A stretch of DNA of 63,946 bases, the filler included, from Rhizaria sp. SCN 62-66 (Eukaryota): NCBI GenBank assembly GCA_001724265.1. It is 4 parts of 4 records of this genome, joined end to end, with 100 filler letters (N's around TTAATTAATTAA, not from the genome) between each part and the next. Parts side by side here need not be neighbours in the genome. Positions count along the whole stretch, not along the records: positions 17,213 to 37,856 come from MEDY01000486.1; 3 more parts are not named here. One strand, 5' to 3'. A program made the translations under genes and the position numbers. The notes under the pieces were generated by a model. That model saw nothing but the letters and a program-made list of their open reading frames with translations. It searched no databases and was not told where the DNA came from. Positions 17,213 to 30,900 of the stretch are shown here, piece by piece. Numbering within the stretch: position 1 is the first letter of the stretch; each line of letters opens with the position of its first letter.

Positions 17213-18644
17213 TTCGATCCCCGGTCCCATCAGCATGCCGACTGGAACGCGTACGCGCTGATATCACCCTACGGACTCTTTGGTAAGATTGTAATCTCGC
17301 CGCTTCAACTCACAATTGGCGCGACGCATGATTATCGCCCTGCGCGCGTTTAAGATGGTTGGGAAGTTCAAGACCGTGGTGACGAGGGTGCTAACGGTGC
17401 TGGAGCTGGCGGAGAGGCTTAGGAGGATTAAGAGGCAACTGCGGGTGCATAAGAAGCTTAATAAGCAGAAGAGCCAACCGTGCGTGTGCGTCGCAATAAA
17501 AAGCAGCGGGAGTTATTTTCAATGTCGTAAGATCGTGAGTGCACAAAGCGCAGCGCGAGCAGTGTGACCGCTGCGGAAGTGGTGATGCCGTCCGTGAAGG
17601 TCGCCGGCATGCTGACATGGAAGTACAATGTGTTGGCGTAGATCCTCGTGGTCGCACGCAGGCCGGGGCCCGTCCGAGCGACACCGCCCGGGCCTGGCAA
17701 CTGCAGAGCAGTCGTCGCGAAATTACCTCGCGTTGTGACACGAGTGTGAGGCAGGTTTGGGATGATTCAAGCGCTCAGGGGACAAGGCTAGCCCGGCGGA
17801 AAGCAGGTGCCGCAACATGCGTGATCGCACCGGGTGCCCCTCTGAAACATTGCAGGCTGTCCGTTCCCGATCCACGGGTGGTACCGATGCAGGGAAAGAT
17901 CGAGGCTTGCAAAATGCGGACCGTTGCTGGGACGGCGTAACGCGTAGAGGAATCAAACAATCGGCACCTCAGTAGACCATGACGGGTAGTTATAGGACTA
18001 CATTATTAGTACTCTTAACTCTTCCTGTGTTGAAACTCAAAATGCACGAGTGCAAAAAGGGCCAAAATGGACTGTAACTATATGGTAACGGATATAAGCT
18101 TGCCTACTCAAGCTTAGGATTATGTATTCCCCATTCGGAGATATAAATAGACAATGAAGAACAAAGCACAGTAATCGGAGTTATATTCGAGAAACTTTAT
18201 GAGCCTGTAACGGAGGTGAGCTTTGGCGAGAATAACCATGGTAAATCACTGCTTGGTGACCAATGATGAATGGACTGTTGAGGTACTTGGCCGTTGTCCC
18301 AACCGCCATCCAGATTTGGTCACATCAACAAAAAAAAGGGGGAACTTAGGCATAATTTGATCGTCAATGTGGCTGCTCGACTTCTCATCATTATCATCCT
18401 GTAATTTTTCTGTTATGTTTTTTAGTAACACCGACATAGATTTGATTTAAGACCCCAAATTTACGCGTTTCAGAATGCGGACTAGGGTGGGTGCCACCAC
18501 CAGGCGCAACAGCCAGCTTGCGCGGACTGGTACGTCGTCAATGCGGTCATTCATTCAATAATAACACATATAGCAGTATTTTATTTATCTTACATTTAAA
18601 ATATAACGGTTTTTTCACATTAAAGCTTCAAATTCATCCACTAG

Positions 18645-21600
18645 CCGAGCCACACGAACATCGGTGCCAGCAACGGCTGTGTCCCCACCAGGCCCTACCA
18701 TTACCGGCGCTGCCCCCGTTGTACCTGCGCCCGCGTCCGCACCCGTGCCTTCCTTTGCTATGCCCTAGCTCAATATTCCCGGTGTCTCTACCGACGTCAT
18801 GAGTGCGATTTCGGTCGCGTTTACTGATTTCGCGAAGAACATGGTCCGCGCGCTCGCGCCGTCGAGCGCGGATGCCTCAAGCTCCGTGGGTGCCAGTTCC
18901 AGCCTTGGTTCTACTGTCAGTGCCCCAAGCGCGAGCATCAGCGCTCTTGCGGCCAGAACAAGCTCCTCCTCCATCGAGCCCGCCACTGTTGTCTGCCGTC
19001 CCCTCTCGCGCACCAGCAGCAGCGCCAGCGCCACCAGCAGCAGCAGCAGCGCCACGAGCAGCAGCAGCGTCCCGAGGGGCAGTGGCGCCGGCGGCGGTGT
19101 GACCATTCCGCACGCCGTCAAGACCGAACCTTCCGGAGCTGGAAGCAACAGCAGCCGTAGCGACAGCCGCAGTCGCAGCGGGAACCGCAGCCGTAGTGGC
19201 AGCCGCGGCGGCGGCGGCAGCGGCAGCGGCAAAGGCGGCGCTGGAGGCATCGCGACCCCCCACTTGCGGCCGTCGGACAGCACCAATCAGAAAATTCACG
19301 GCAATTATGACATGCCGAGCTCGCCGCATGCGAGTGACGCGTTTCTGGTCGTCGAGATGAAAATGGAGCGCATACCTGATGGCCACAGCGCCGAAACCGG
19401 CATTGTCATCGGCGACGACGACGACGCCGACGACTACGACGATGACGACGGCGGCGACGGCGGCGGCGACGGCGGCGACGGCGAGCGCGGCACTCCGTGC
19501 AACAGCAGGCGCAGCAACGCTGGCTCGCCGCATAGTGGAGCCACGGCCTCTCACAATCGCGCGAAGAGCCGCCCGGACACTCGCTCATGCGGCGGCCGCC
19601 TCAGCCGCAGTGACAGCCGCAGCGGCAGCCGCAGTGACAGCCGCAGTGACAGCAGCGAAGACGCATTGCCGCTCGCGCATGAGCCGCCGCCGCTGGAGAA
19701 AGTCGACCGCGGCGACATAAACCATGGCTCGCAGCGCCAGCAGCAGCAGCAGCAACCGCAATGGCAGCAGGAGCAGCAGAAGCAGGAGCAGCAGCAGGAG
19801 CAGGAGCAAAAGAGTGTGCAGGAGCGGTCCCAACCGCGGCCGACGGACTCCACCGCCGATGCCCCTGTCTCTGAGCCTGCCACTGAGCCCGTACCTGCGA
19901 CTCAGCCTGTACCTCTGACTGAGCCAGCGACTGCAACTGCGGCTGCCGCCGCTGACTGCGCGGCGATGGCGACTGGCGACGCAGCTGCAGCTGCTGACCG
20001 CGCGGCAGAGCCTGTTGCAACGACGATAACGACGCCGACAGCTGCGACGGCGGCAACGACGGCGACGAGAGCGACAGATGGTGCTGTGACAGCAGCCGCA
20101 GCGGCGACTGAAGCTTCGACTGCAGCTGAGACTGAGACTGTGGCTGAGGCGTTAGCTGACACTGTTGCTTCAAAGACGACTGTGACGCAACCATCAGAAG
20201 CAGCAGCTGCTGCAGAAACAGTGGCGGCGGAAGCGGAAGTGTTGGAAGTGGACTCGTCGTCGGACGACGACGCGACGCCGGCCTCACTGCGGAATCGGGG
20301 TCGGCTTGCGAAGCTGACGAAGCACGCTGCGGTCAAGGCCGCTCTAGCCAAGGAGAAAGCCATGAACATGCTCTTTGATAGCAGCACCCGCCAAAGCGCA
20401 GCGTTGGCTCATGACCGCCAGCGCCGTCGCCTCAGCCAAGAGCGACGCGAGCACCAGACTCGGAAGCAAGCGCAGACTGAGGAGCAAGCACAGGCGCAGG
20501 CGCAGGCGCAGACTCAAGAGCGAGTGCAGACTGAAGACCAGACGCAGACTCAGGTTGATACTCTGCCCCAGACTCGGCCCCAGACGCCTGCTCCGACTGT
20601 GGACGCCGGTGACGGCAGCACTGCTGCTGCGGCAACTGCGACAGCGGCGGCGGCGGGGGCGGTGGGGGCGGTGGACGAACAGCGAGAGCCGGCGCAGGGG
20701 CAATCCGAGGGGGCGGAATCTGTTTCTTCGCCTGTTATTCGAGTGCCTGTTGTTGGGCCCTCGCCCGCGCCTGCGTCTGCGAGAGTGTCTGCGTCCGAGG
20801 CTGGCGGTGCCTCTGCTCCTGCATCGCGGACCGCGCTCGCGACCGAGACCGAGACCGATGCTGTCGCCGCGGCTGCCACAGCCACAGCTACTGCCACGAC
20901 GACCGCTCCTGGACCTGCGACGACAGCTGCGGCTACGGGTGTTGATGCGACTGACTTCGCGGCTCTCCCCGTGTCCGCACCAGCTCCCGCGCCTCTGCGC
21001 GCAGCTGTTGCTGACAGCGCGTCTTCAAGCGCAGCGAGCGCGAGCGCTGCGGCTTTGGACCCTGTGACGACTGGCTCAGATCAACTGCCTATTGCAAGCA
21101 CCGCAACCCCTGAGTCTGTGACCGTTGCTGCGTCTGCATCTGTGTCTGCAAATGCGGATGTAATGACCACTACGCCTGTATCCGAGGCTGCTGCCGCTGT
21201 TGAAACCGTGGCGACGGCGACTGAGGCGGCAAACGCGACCGTAGCTCAATCGACGGCGCCTCAGACTGATGCAAGCTCTGAGCAACCCCAGCGATTGAAG
21301 CAGCAGAAATATGTTCAAGAACTCCGTGATCAGAACAAACCATCTCAATTGGCAATGACTGATGAAGACACCCCTCAACAACAGGCGCAACACCAGCCAC
21401 AACAGCAACAGCCGGTGGCCGACCAAACTCTGCAGCAACAACTCGAATAGCAACAACAGCAGCAGCAGCAGCAGCAGGATCAGGAGAAGAGGTCACTCGC
21501 TGTCGCAGCTGCCAGTGAAGCGCCCGCTTCGGCGCCAGAGCTCCCTCCGCTGCCTGCTCCTCCCACCGCCTCTGCTCTTTTCTCTCCGGTGCCTGCGGCA

Positions 21601-24600
21601 CCCACGCAGGCCGTACATGTGCATTACTACTTCAACGGTACGGAGCTGCCTTCGAGCTTCTCGTTCTTGCCGCCTCAGAAGCAGCACCAGGATCTTGTCG
21701 CGCGCGCGCAGGCGCAGGCGCAGTCGAACGCTGCTCACGCGGCAACAACTGCTGCAACGAGTACTGCTCGTATCCCTGGCGCTGACTCCGACGGCTCTCT
21801 TCACGCGGCCAACAACGGCGGCGCGGGCAACGGTGCCGCACAGAAAGCGACTGTGGAAGAGCCGGTACTCGCCCTCACGTTTGATCCCGCTCCTTCGTCT
21901 GCAGCAGCGTCTATGTCACCGTCTAAGCCTTTGCCAGCGCCTTCACCTGCTGCCGCTGCTGCTACCGTTGCTGCTGCGGCCGCCGCCGCTGCCGCAGCTG
22001 CCGCAGCTGCTCATGGACTCGCGCCTGCGTCTGCGTCTGCTTCTGCGTCAAGGGTGAAGCCTAAGTCAGATCTGCGCTCAGCCGCAAGCGCGAATGCTCA
22101 TGTAAACGCAAACGTCGCCGCTGAGGCGCTTGCTCTGATCAACGCCGCGCCTGCGGCCGAGGCCGACGCCGATGCTGCGTCCGTGGCCGCCGCCGCGGCG
22201 TCCGCGGTGGCCGCCGCCGCGGCCGCGACAGCGCGCGCAATCGCGGCCGCCGTCAAGAAGGCCGAGGCCAAGGTCGCGGCCGAGGCGCGCGTGCGCCAGG
22301 CCGCCGCGGTGGCCGCTGCCGTCGCCGCCGCGCTAGCCGCCGCCGCGGTGTCGGCGCCCACGCCCGGCGCGGCGGCGCGCGCGCGCTACTACTGCGCGCT
22401 CGCCCAGAACGGCGGCGGGCGCAACCGCAACGCCTACGTGCCCAGCGCTGCCGTGAGTGCCAACAGCGGCAAGAGTCTCTTTGGCGGGAGTGGCGCTGCA
22501 GGGAGCGTGTTCAGCGTTGCCTCCGCCGCGGACGCCAGCGCCGCAGCCTCGCCGGCACCTGCGCAGAACGGCTGCGACCTCAGCTCCCCCACTGCAACGA
22601 CAGCCGTGGGAGCTACAGCGAGACCGGGAATGGGGCCTAGCGTGCTCAACACGACGGGCGCCGTGTGCCGTCCGCCGCACCCGCACACGTTCCTGCCACC
22701 GCGCCTCTGCGCCAACGCCTTCGCGGGCGCGCACTTCCCCGCACCGCACTTCGCCGCACCGCTCGCCCCCGCACTGCTGGCGCCGGCACTGCGCGGGCCA
22801 GTGCGCGCGCTCTTCCCAGCCGTCTTCGCCGAGGCCGTCTCGGCCGTGGCCGCACTCGTCGCCGCCGCCGTCGGGCGCGTCGTCGCCGCCGTCGCCGCGG
22901 GGGAGGCGCCGCTGCTCGCGGCCGCCGCCGCCGCGCAGGCCGCCGCGGCCGAGACGGACCGTGCGCGGGCGCTGCAGGAGCTGCGGGAGAGTCGCGAACG
23001 CGCGGCGACCAACGCGAGGAGTATCCACAGCCGCACCACGCGCAAGCCTAGCAGCGCCGCGACCAGCAATCCGAGCACGCCTGTGAAGGCTTCTACGCCG
23101 AGCAACGCAAGTCGTGGCTTTGCAGCGTCTGCGCCTGCGCTCGAGGACACTGGAGTAAGTGCCGCGTTTGGCGACGACTACGCCTACGACTACCACCTCA
23201 ACAGCGCGCACAGCAGCAGCGCCTCTTTTGCGCACGCGCTCGCGAGCATCCGCTCCCCAAGCGACGCGGCAGAGGACGCGCACGCGCACGCGCCCGCCAT
23301 AGCGGCCAGCGCGCGCGGAAGCACGCTGCTGGCGCATGCGCACGCGTCGGTGAGCAACGTCTCGCGGCCGCACGCCTGCGACCGGCTGCTGCTCCCGCCC
23401 TCGGTCGTGGTTGCCGTGTTGCAGACGGCGCTGCACCGCGCGCATACCGCCGCGCTGGCCGCTCTCCCGCGCTGCCGCTTTGCCGACACACAGGACGCCG
23501 CCGCGGGCGCCGAGCTGGTGGCGCGCGCGGCGACTCTGCTGGCGATGGCGACTGAGCCCGCCACCGCGAGCTGGGTTTGGCGCCTCCTGCCTGAAAATAA
23601 CACACAACCTCCAAGCGCCGGCGACGGCGGTGACAGCGCCGCCGGGAGCAGTCATAGTGATGGCAATGGAGGCGAGGGCAGTGGCGCTGCACCGACGACA
23701 CTAGGCTTAAATGTCACGGACGTTGAGATTGAGGTCGCGGCTGCGAATGCCGTGTACGGCTTCACTCCCGCATCGCTGCTAACGCCAGCGACATCTGTCA
23801 GCAACTGTGCGCCTGCTGCAGCTGCTGACCGTGAGAACGCAGTGAGCAATGTGATTGCTTTGATTCACTCCCAAGGCGAGGACAGCGCTGTGCTGCACGT
23901 TGCTGCCTTGCTTAAAGCGACGGCGCCGCCCTTGGACACTCAGTCACACACCGGTACACCATATAAACGCCAGAATTCCACCTCTGCCTCTGCTTTTGAA
24001 TCTGTTGACTCCCTCCTTGATATTGGTGCTGCAAGCGTGAATGCTGTCGAGAGCTGTGCACTAGTTCTCTACAACACGAGCAGCAGCAACAGCAGTAGCA
24101 GCAGCGCTTACACCACCATCGACAACGATGTTGACGAGGAAGCAAAGACTGTCAAGGCTGGCATCGACGCGAACGCGACCCGTGGCACAATCACAACTGC
24201 CTCTACCGCAAGCGACACCAGTCCGAGCGGCATCGCGAGCGCCGTTGACCGCGAGTTCCAGCGCTGCGTGCGCAGCGTGCTCTCGCTGATGGCGCTCGAG
24301 GTCTTCGAACTCACCGGCGTGCCCGTCTCGGCCGCGCTCACGCGGCGCTGTGCGCGCGCGCGCGACCACGCGCGTGGCCTCCCAGACCCGGGCCCAGAGC
24401 TGGAGCTGGAGCTGGAGATAGAGCCGGGTGCGCGCGGGCTCGAGCGAGGACGGCAGCCGCCGCAGGGCGAAACGGCGCGCGGAAGAGACGCGTCCGTGAC
24501 CGCGGCGACAGCAGCATTGGCAGCAGCAGCGACAGCCGCCGCCGCTGGTGACACAACCGGCTTCAGTGATACAGGTGTTTTCAGAGGCATCAAGGCGCGC

Positions 24601-26829
24601 GACTGGCACTGGCCCTGGGATGATGATGAAGATGGCAACGGCAACACCTCAAGCGCGAACAACGGTAAGAGCAAGTCTAGCTCCAATGCCAATGCTAGTG
24701 CAGGCTTTGTGTCTTACAGTGGAGCAGACTTTGCGCAGCAGTTACGCGCGATCCAATTCGCCCCTGTCGTCGACGCCAGCGACCACAACGAGCCCCGCAG
24801 AGTCGGTGACGACGACCTCGATCGAGACTCTGACTACAATGAGGATCACGAGCAAGGCAAGAAGCAGCGCGAGCGGAAGCGTATGCGCGCCAGCGCCAAC
24901 GTTAACGACTTGCCGCGACGCCTCGGTCTGGAAGGCGTCAGCGAGCGGTTCAAGAACGTCGTCGTCGTGTTCAGCGACGACCTGGACAAGAACACGGACT
25001 CTGACTTAGACGATAGCGGAAGTGAGGCGCACGACGACTGTGACGATCGCGCCCAGCTGTCGCGGCTCCAGCACAGCTTTCTCGATCATGGGGGGCTTCG
25101 CAGAAGCCGCAGCAAGTACAACAGCAGGCGCTTTAGTGGTCGTGGTGGTGGTTGCGCGAAACGCCCGCGGCTGGCCTCCCTGGAGTACCTCCTTCGCGAC
25201 GACAGAGCCGGCGCTGGTGGCGACGACGACGAGGCCGACGATGGGAGTCGGGAGCAGCAGTGGGTGCAGTTGCGACAGGGGCAGCAGATGCTTCAGCGCG
25301 AGCAGGAGCACCTGCGGCGGCAGCAGGAGGAGCTCGTGCGCCTGCAGCAGCAGCACGAGGCGCGTCTGCGCGAGGTGCGCGAGCGCGAGCTTGAGCATCA
25401 GCAGCACCAGCTCCGGCTCGAGTTCTGGCAGCAACAGGAAGAGGAAGAGCTGTACCATCAGCGTGACGACACCGCGGCCGTGGTCAAGAACGACATTGCG
25501 GCCATGGGCAAGAGCGACGCGGCCGCCAAGATCAAGATTGGTGTGAACCCTCCGGCAAACAAGAACGCCGCAAGTGCGAAAGCTGGCGCTTCCCGCAGGT
25601 CTAACTCTCGCTCAAAGCCTCGGGCTACTGTCTCTCGTACCAGTTCCAGCTCAAGGTTTAAGCTTAGTGTTGATTCTGCCTCGGACTCAGACTCTGACGT
25701 TGCAATTGTTGGTGATACGGTGCACTACACTCAAACAGACTCCATAGAACAGCAGCAAGTGCAGGAGCTGCCGCTAGGGCGGGGACAGCGGAACGCTCGC
25801 AAGCGCACAATGTCTTCGCAAACACTGACACAGACCCAGTCACCAACACACTCTTCTTTGCACGCAGAGCTTCAGTTCGGCTCACAGTCGCAGTTTTACG
25901 CGCCGACACAGGACCTGGCACCTGACGAGATTGAGCCACCGTCACAACATCAACCGCAGACGCCGCCTCCGCAGCGCACTCCGCCTCGTCGGCAAACCTC
26001 GCCTTCGCAGAAGACCCCGCCTCGGAGCCAAAAACAGCAGTTGACTCAGTCGCAGCAGCTGCAACAGCAGCCGCAAACGCCGCCTGAGCACAAACAGCAG
26101 AGACAACGCGAGAAGTAGCTTCAACGGCAACTGGAGCGCGCGATGCGGACCCTGAGTTCGAGCTCTGACTCAGAGGCGACCTCTGGCTCCAGCTCCAGCT
26201 CAAGCTCCAGCTCAAGCTCAAGCTCAAGCCCCAGCTCTGACGCTGACTCTGACGATAATGCTGATGTGACCGTCAACGACAACGACAACGGTAACGCCAA
26301 CGATGATCATGTGAAGAAGTCTTGCGATGACGGCGAAAGTGAGCGCGTGCAACAACGTGAGAACGATCTGCAGACGCACAAGCAACTTTTTCGTCAGCGG
26401 CCTCAACAGCAGCAGCAGGCGCGGCGGGGGCAGCAAAAGCGGCCGCTCGAACTCGACGACTCTGAGGACTTTGGCAACGACCAGAGTGACGACGAGTTGG
26501 CTTTGCCGCCTGTTCAGTCATAGCATCGCGAAACGAACACTGACACTGAGGACAACACTGACTCAAGCTCAAGTGTTGCCGTTGTCTCTGTACCTGCTGC
26601 CGCTGCCGCTATGGAGACTATTGTTGAGTCGGTGACAACGCCTCTCGAAGCACGTTCTGCAGTTACAGTTATCACAAAGACTACCATCACGGCGGATGAG
26701 ATTGCAACTGTCGAAGCGACAGTAGTCGCTAATAATACCCAGCCTGTACTGGATTCTGAAAATGATGTGATCGTTGTTAGCAGTGATAGTGACAATGAGA
26801 GCACGGATGGTCAGATTTCTCAAGATTAA
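18645..26829 (+). CDS. Very large (~2,700 aa) low-complexity Ala/Ser/Gln-rich hypothetical protein with 3-4 in-frame TAG codons
   Basis: ORFs 18799-21450, 21589-26118, 26143-26523 and 26611-26829 are all in one frame, separated only by TAG at 21448, 26116 and 26521. The frame also continues upstream through TAG 18766 to a probable acceptor at 18644. The first non-TAG stop is TAA 26827-26829. The 5' structure is uncertain. Confidence 0.75.
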
Positions 26830-27987
26830 CCACAAACAACGTCATGCGTGCGTTTTTTCATTGTTTGGCCGGTTAAGCTTGATGATTGATAGATTTTTGG
26901 ATGTTCTTCAACACTGAAGAACAAACTACGAAACATATGTGCTACTCTTATTTATATTTACTTAGATCTTTCAAACGCATGACCTTGATTAATCGTTGCT
27001 GAATGCAGCATTGGTAGTTTAATTTGATGAACCTTGACACTACTAGCAATATGATACTTACTCCCACGAATCACCCAATCAATAGCATACAAATATAGAA
27101 CTCGTATTTCAACCACAGGCTCATATCAGCAGATGATCAGTTCCTACAATGTACAAAAGAATCATCTTACTGTACTAGTATTGATAAAAGTAACTGTCGG
27201 AAACAATCATAAGTCCAACATCATCAATACAAATACGCATCATCACAATGTTATCATAGTTCCTGCTGTACTAAACAATATCGCAGTCATGACGACAAGA
27301 TCTGTTATAAAACTTACTCACAACGACCACACGGGCAACAGCAGTGGAGTTGACATAAAAGTGGAACTTAAAATTACGATTGTGTTCGCCCAAATCTCGC
27401 TCCGAAACATAAGGTGACCATGGCGATGGGCGGCTAAACATGTTGTGATGAAAACAAAAACAACCCGAGCCGAGCCGAATTGCCGAGCGGTACTTTTTGA
27501 CAATTTCTCTAAATAATTTGTTATTTTACGGGTATATAATGCTCGCCAAGGAGTGATCTTAATGCTTTCTGGCAGAAAAAGTGCGAATTTATTCATGTAG
27601 ATTTTAGGCAGGCATCTGGCGTCTTGATAGCTCGTTATTTTTGTCCCAAAATTCGTGCCAACCAGCCGACAGACTCCTCGTGCATATCAAGAACTTTACA
27701 CGCGTGAATTATGTTCGCGTTGCTGTTTCGTTTTAATAATAAGAATGAAATCTGTGTGAACTCTTTTGCTTTATCTTGTCTGATTGCTTCTATGCTATTA
27801 ATCATCTCTAAACTTGATTTTTTTCTCCAGAAATCCCTTGCTCCTCCTTCGTGAACCAACATTTCGTGCCAGCTTTATTTCCTTCTACCTTCTCTGATCA
27901 TTGCTCTCTCTTGCCACTCACGTACTTTCTTGGGTTTTCTTTGCTTGCTTCTTTGCTTTTTGTTCGCTTGCTGTCTTTCAACCCCAG

Positions 27988-30900
27988 ATGGCTTCACTTC
28001 AAAGTCTTCGGCGCCTTTGTCCGCTCCTAGGCTTTTTCGTGTTATTCCTTGTCTCGCTCGCCACCCATGGCACCGCAGACATGGGGTTTACCGGCGTCAC
28101 TCTTGTCGAAAACTCCGGTGACAATGTTGCGGGCACGAGCGAGTTTACTCTTGCGTGGTCATATGCGTCCAACGTCACAAGCACCACCGTTTTTACGAAC
28201 GCCATCAGCCTCCAGTTTGATGGTTTGTCTTCAGACCCTCAGCTGTTTACGGAAGTCACCCCCACGTTTTCATCCTCTGATTGCACCGTCACCGCTGATA
28301 TGGATGTTAATCGGAACATTATGCTGTCTTTTGTCTGTGTCTCCAACGACTTTCCCGATACCCCCAACAATGTCGTCATGACACTCAAACGCAGTACCGA
28401 TACTTCGATTGCTTGTGATTCATATGCCCCTTACGTGCTTAGCCCGGTCGGAGTAGGCTCCATCTCACCACAAACTGTCGCAGTAAACTACTATTTTGAT
28501 CTCTGTGGCGTATCCTTTTCAGGTGCCACTTTAACTTCGGCTTTAAGCAACGGCGCACCCGTGGTCATTTTCTCGTGGACAAATGTGACAGAGTCCACGC
28601 ATAAGATCTTCAACCCCACACTAAGCATTGGGAATGTTGCCGGCGACAATGTTTTTGCCTCTGTTTCTAGCAACCCTATCACCGTCGCGGGCTCCGACAA
28701 CGTTACTGTGTCGGCGACCATGGGCGACGGCAGCGTGGGCGACACAATCACGCTGCTGTTCAGCATCCCAACCGGCAAGAAGCTCCCCACGATTGGCTCT
28801 TTCATCATTCCTGCAACCACCATCGGCGCGTTTTGCCCCAATGCGTACAGCGGCGACTACACTCTTTCTCCGTCTCCCGCAAACCGCGTGACTGTTGCGG
28901 GCGTGCTCACCACAAAAGTGAAGCTTGCCTCGTGCCCGCAGCTGAACGGTGTCTCTGTCACCGTCGTTACTCACAAGGTGAATGCTGACATCATTGTGGC
29001 GTGGACAAATTTTACCAACGCTGACAACTTGCCTGCGTCTGCGCTCTCTGAACTTAAGTTTCGTACTGACACGGGAGACGACTATCCTCTCCTTGCTCAC
29101 ATTGTTGACTTGGCTTCTGTTGTTATCAACGCCGACACTGGGGTTGATGTCACGTACAACCAGTCTGTGTACACTCTTAAGTTTACGACACGCAATAACG
29201 CTGCACTTCCCAGTAGTGGCTCATTTATGTTCCGAGCCAATCTGACCGTTGGCACTACGTGCGAGTCCACCTCTAGCTACCATCTCTCGGCCATCACAGC
29301 TAACATCCTCAGCGTGTCCGGCGACTCCAGCTCTAAGGTGCTCACCACCGTTAACGCGGCTCTGTGCCCTGTCAACCGCTTTAAAAACGTCATGTTGACT
29401 ACCTTGACCAACGCCGCCAACGCGGCGGCTGGCTCAGTATCACTGCGTCTGCAATGGACGTCATTCACAGAGAACTTTGGGTTCGACGGAAGCCCCGTCT
29501 TCAGCATTGTGGCCAGTATTAACACGGGTCTTTTTCCTGATTTTACTCAAACACTTGCGGTTTACACCTCTGCTAACATGCTCGTCGACGGCATTACTGT
29601 AACTGCAAGGCATGTTTACTCTACGGGTCAGATTGCGGTCACAATCAGCAAGACTGAGGGCGTGACGTTCCCGACCTCGGGCTATTTTGACCTGACACCC
29701 CCACGTCTGACGGGTGAGGATGCCGCTCATCTGGAATGTGATATTTTTGACACGTACACCGTTTCTAGCGCTAATATTAGCAACATTGTGTCTGTCAGCC
29801 CGTCAGGCTCGTTAAGCAGCAAGTTTGTGTGGCAGTGGTGTCCCGTCCAGATTCAAATGGCTGAATTGGCTTTTAATCACGAAAATGAAGAGGCTTGGTT
29901 TACGTTGTACTGGGAGGCGGTGATTGCAACCAGTGATAACCCACTCGTACCGGAGCTGCGTGTGGTCATGGACAACGGGCTCTTCAAGGCCATGGAGGAT
30001 ACTTTCTACGTTAATAAGAACACCGACTATCCTGTTACCGCCAAGATCTCCGTCGATGGCGGCCCACTCACGCTCACCTTTACCGATGCTGTTAACAAAC
30101 CGCTTCCGCAGCGCGGCGGCTTAGATATCAGCCTTGATTTTATGGACTCCATTGAGTTCTCGTGTACATCGCAGACCAAGACCAACATTACAGTTCAGAC
30201 CAGCAACAGTACAAACACCCTGATTTCAAACGACGACGACTCCACTTTTCTTCATGACGTCGCCCACACACCTTCATGCCCCAATATGTCAGGAGTTACA
30301 GTAACGCAAAACGCGACCAAAATTACACTTGCCTGGACGGGGTACATAAACGAAGATTACCTGCAGCTGAAGCTGGGCATGGTAAGCCTGAAGATCACAC
30401 CTGCCACAAGCTCTGAATACGTCTTTCAAGCTGTCAAAACCTCAAACTCTTCAGTGATGGTTGAAGAAAATAAGTTCACGCACTACGCTTTACTCACTGA
30501 TAGCGATGGCGACCTCTTTGTCAGCTTCTACCAAAATGGAACTCATGACATGTTTCCCCATCAGGGCTCTATCACCTTTGAAACGGTGCTTGTCTCGAAG
30601 TGTGGCGTTGCCGATGCCGCGCAGCAGCTGCGCCCTGCGGCCACCAAGGGCCTGGGCATGTATGCCGTTGCCAGCTTTACCGCCAGCACACCCGGCTGCA
30701 TCAGCGCCTTCTCTGGTGTGCTCCTGACCACGACTCACGCTAATGACTCAATCAACAAGACTGCAATCATGGATGGTTCCACGGGATTCCGCTTTTCCTG
30801 GACCGATTTCCAGTCTAATGCGACGCGCTTTAACCGTCTTGTGAACATCTCCGTTGACGACGCGTCATTTAGCGGCCCTTCGCTTCTTGATGATGAGCAA

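Noticed and set aside
17213-17232. TTCGATCCCCGGTCCCATCA, resembling a tRNA T-loop and 3' acceptor strand at a contig edge
   Set aside because: Only 20 nt, with no anticodon arm visible and no downstream poly-T. It cannot be called a tRNA, let alone a UAG-decoding one. No complete tRNA was seen in the window.
18474-18529. Possible upstream exon of the large protein (CAG acceptor, GTACGT donor, containing another TAG)
   Set aside because: The phase fits only in a frame with no ATG and no further upstream exon was identified; too uncertain to count.
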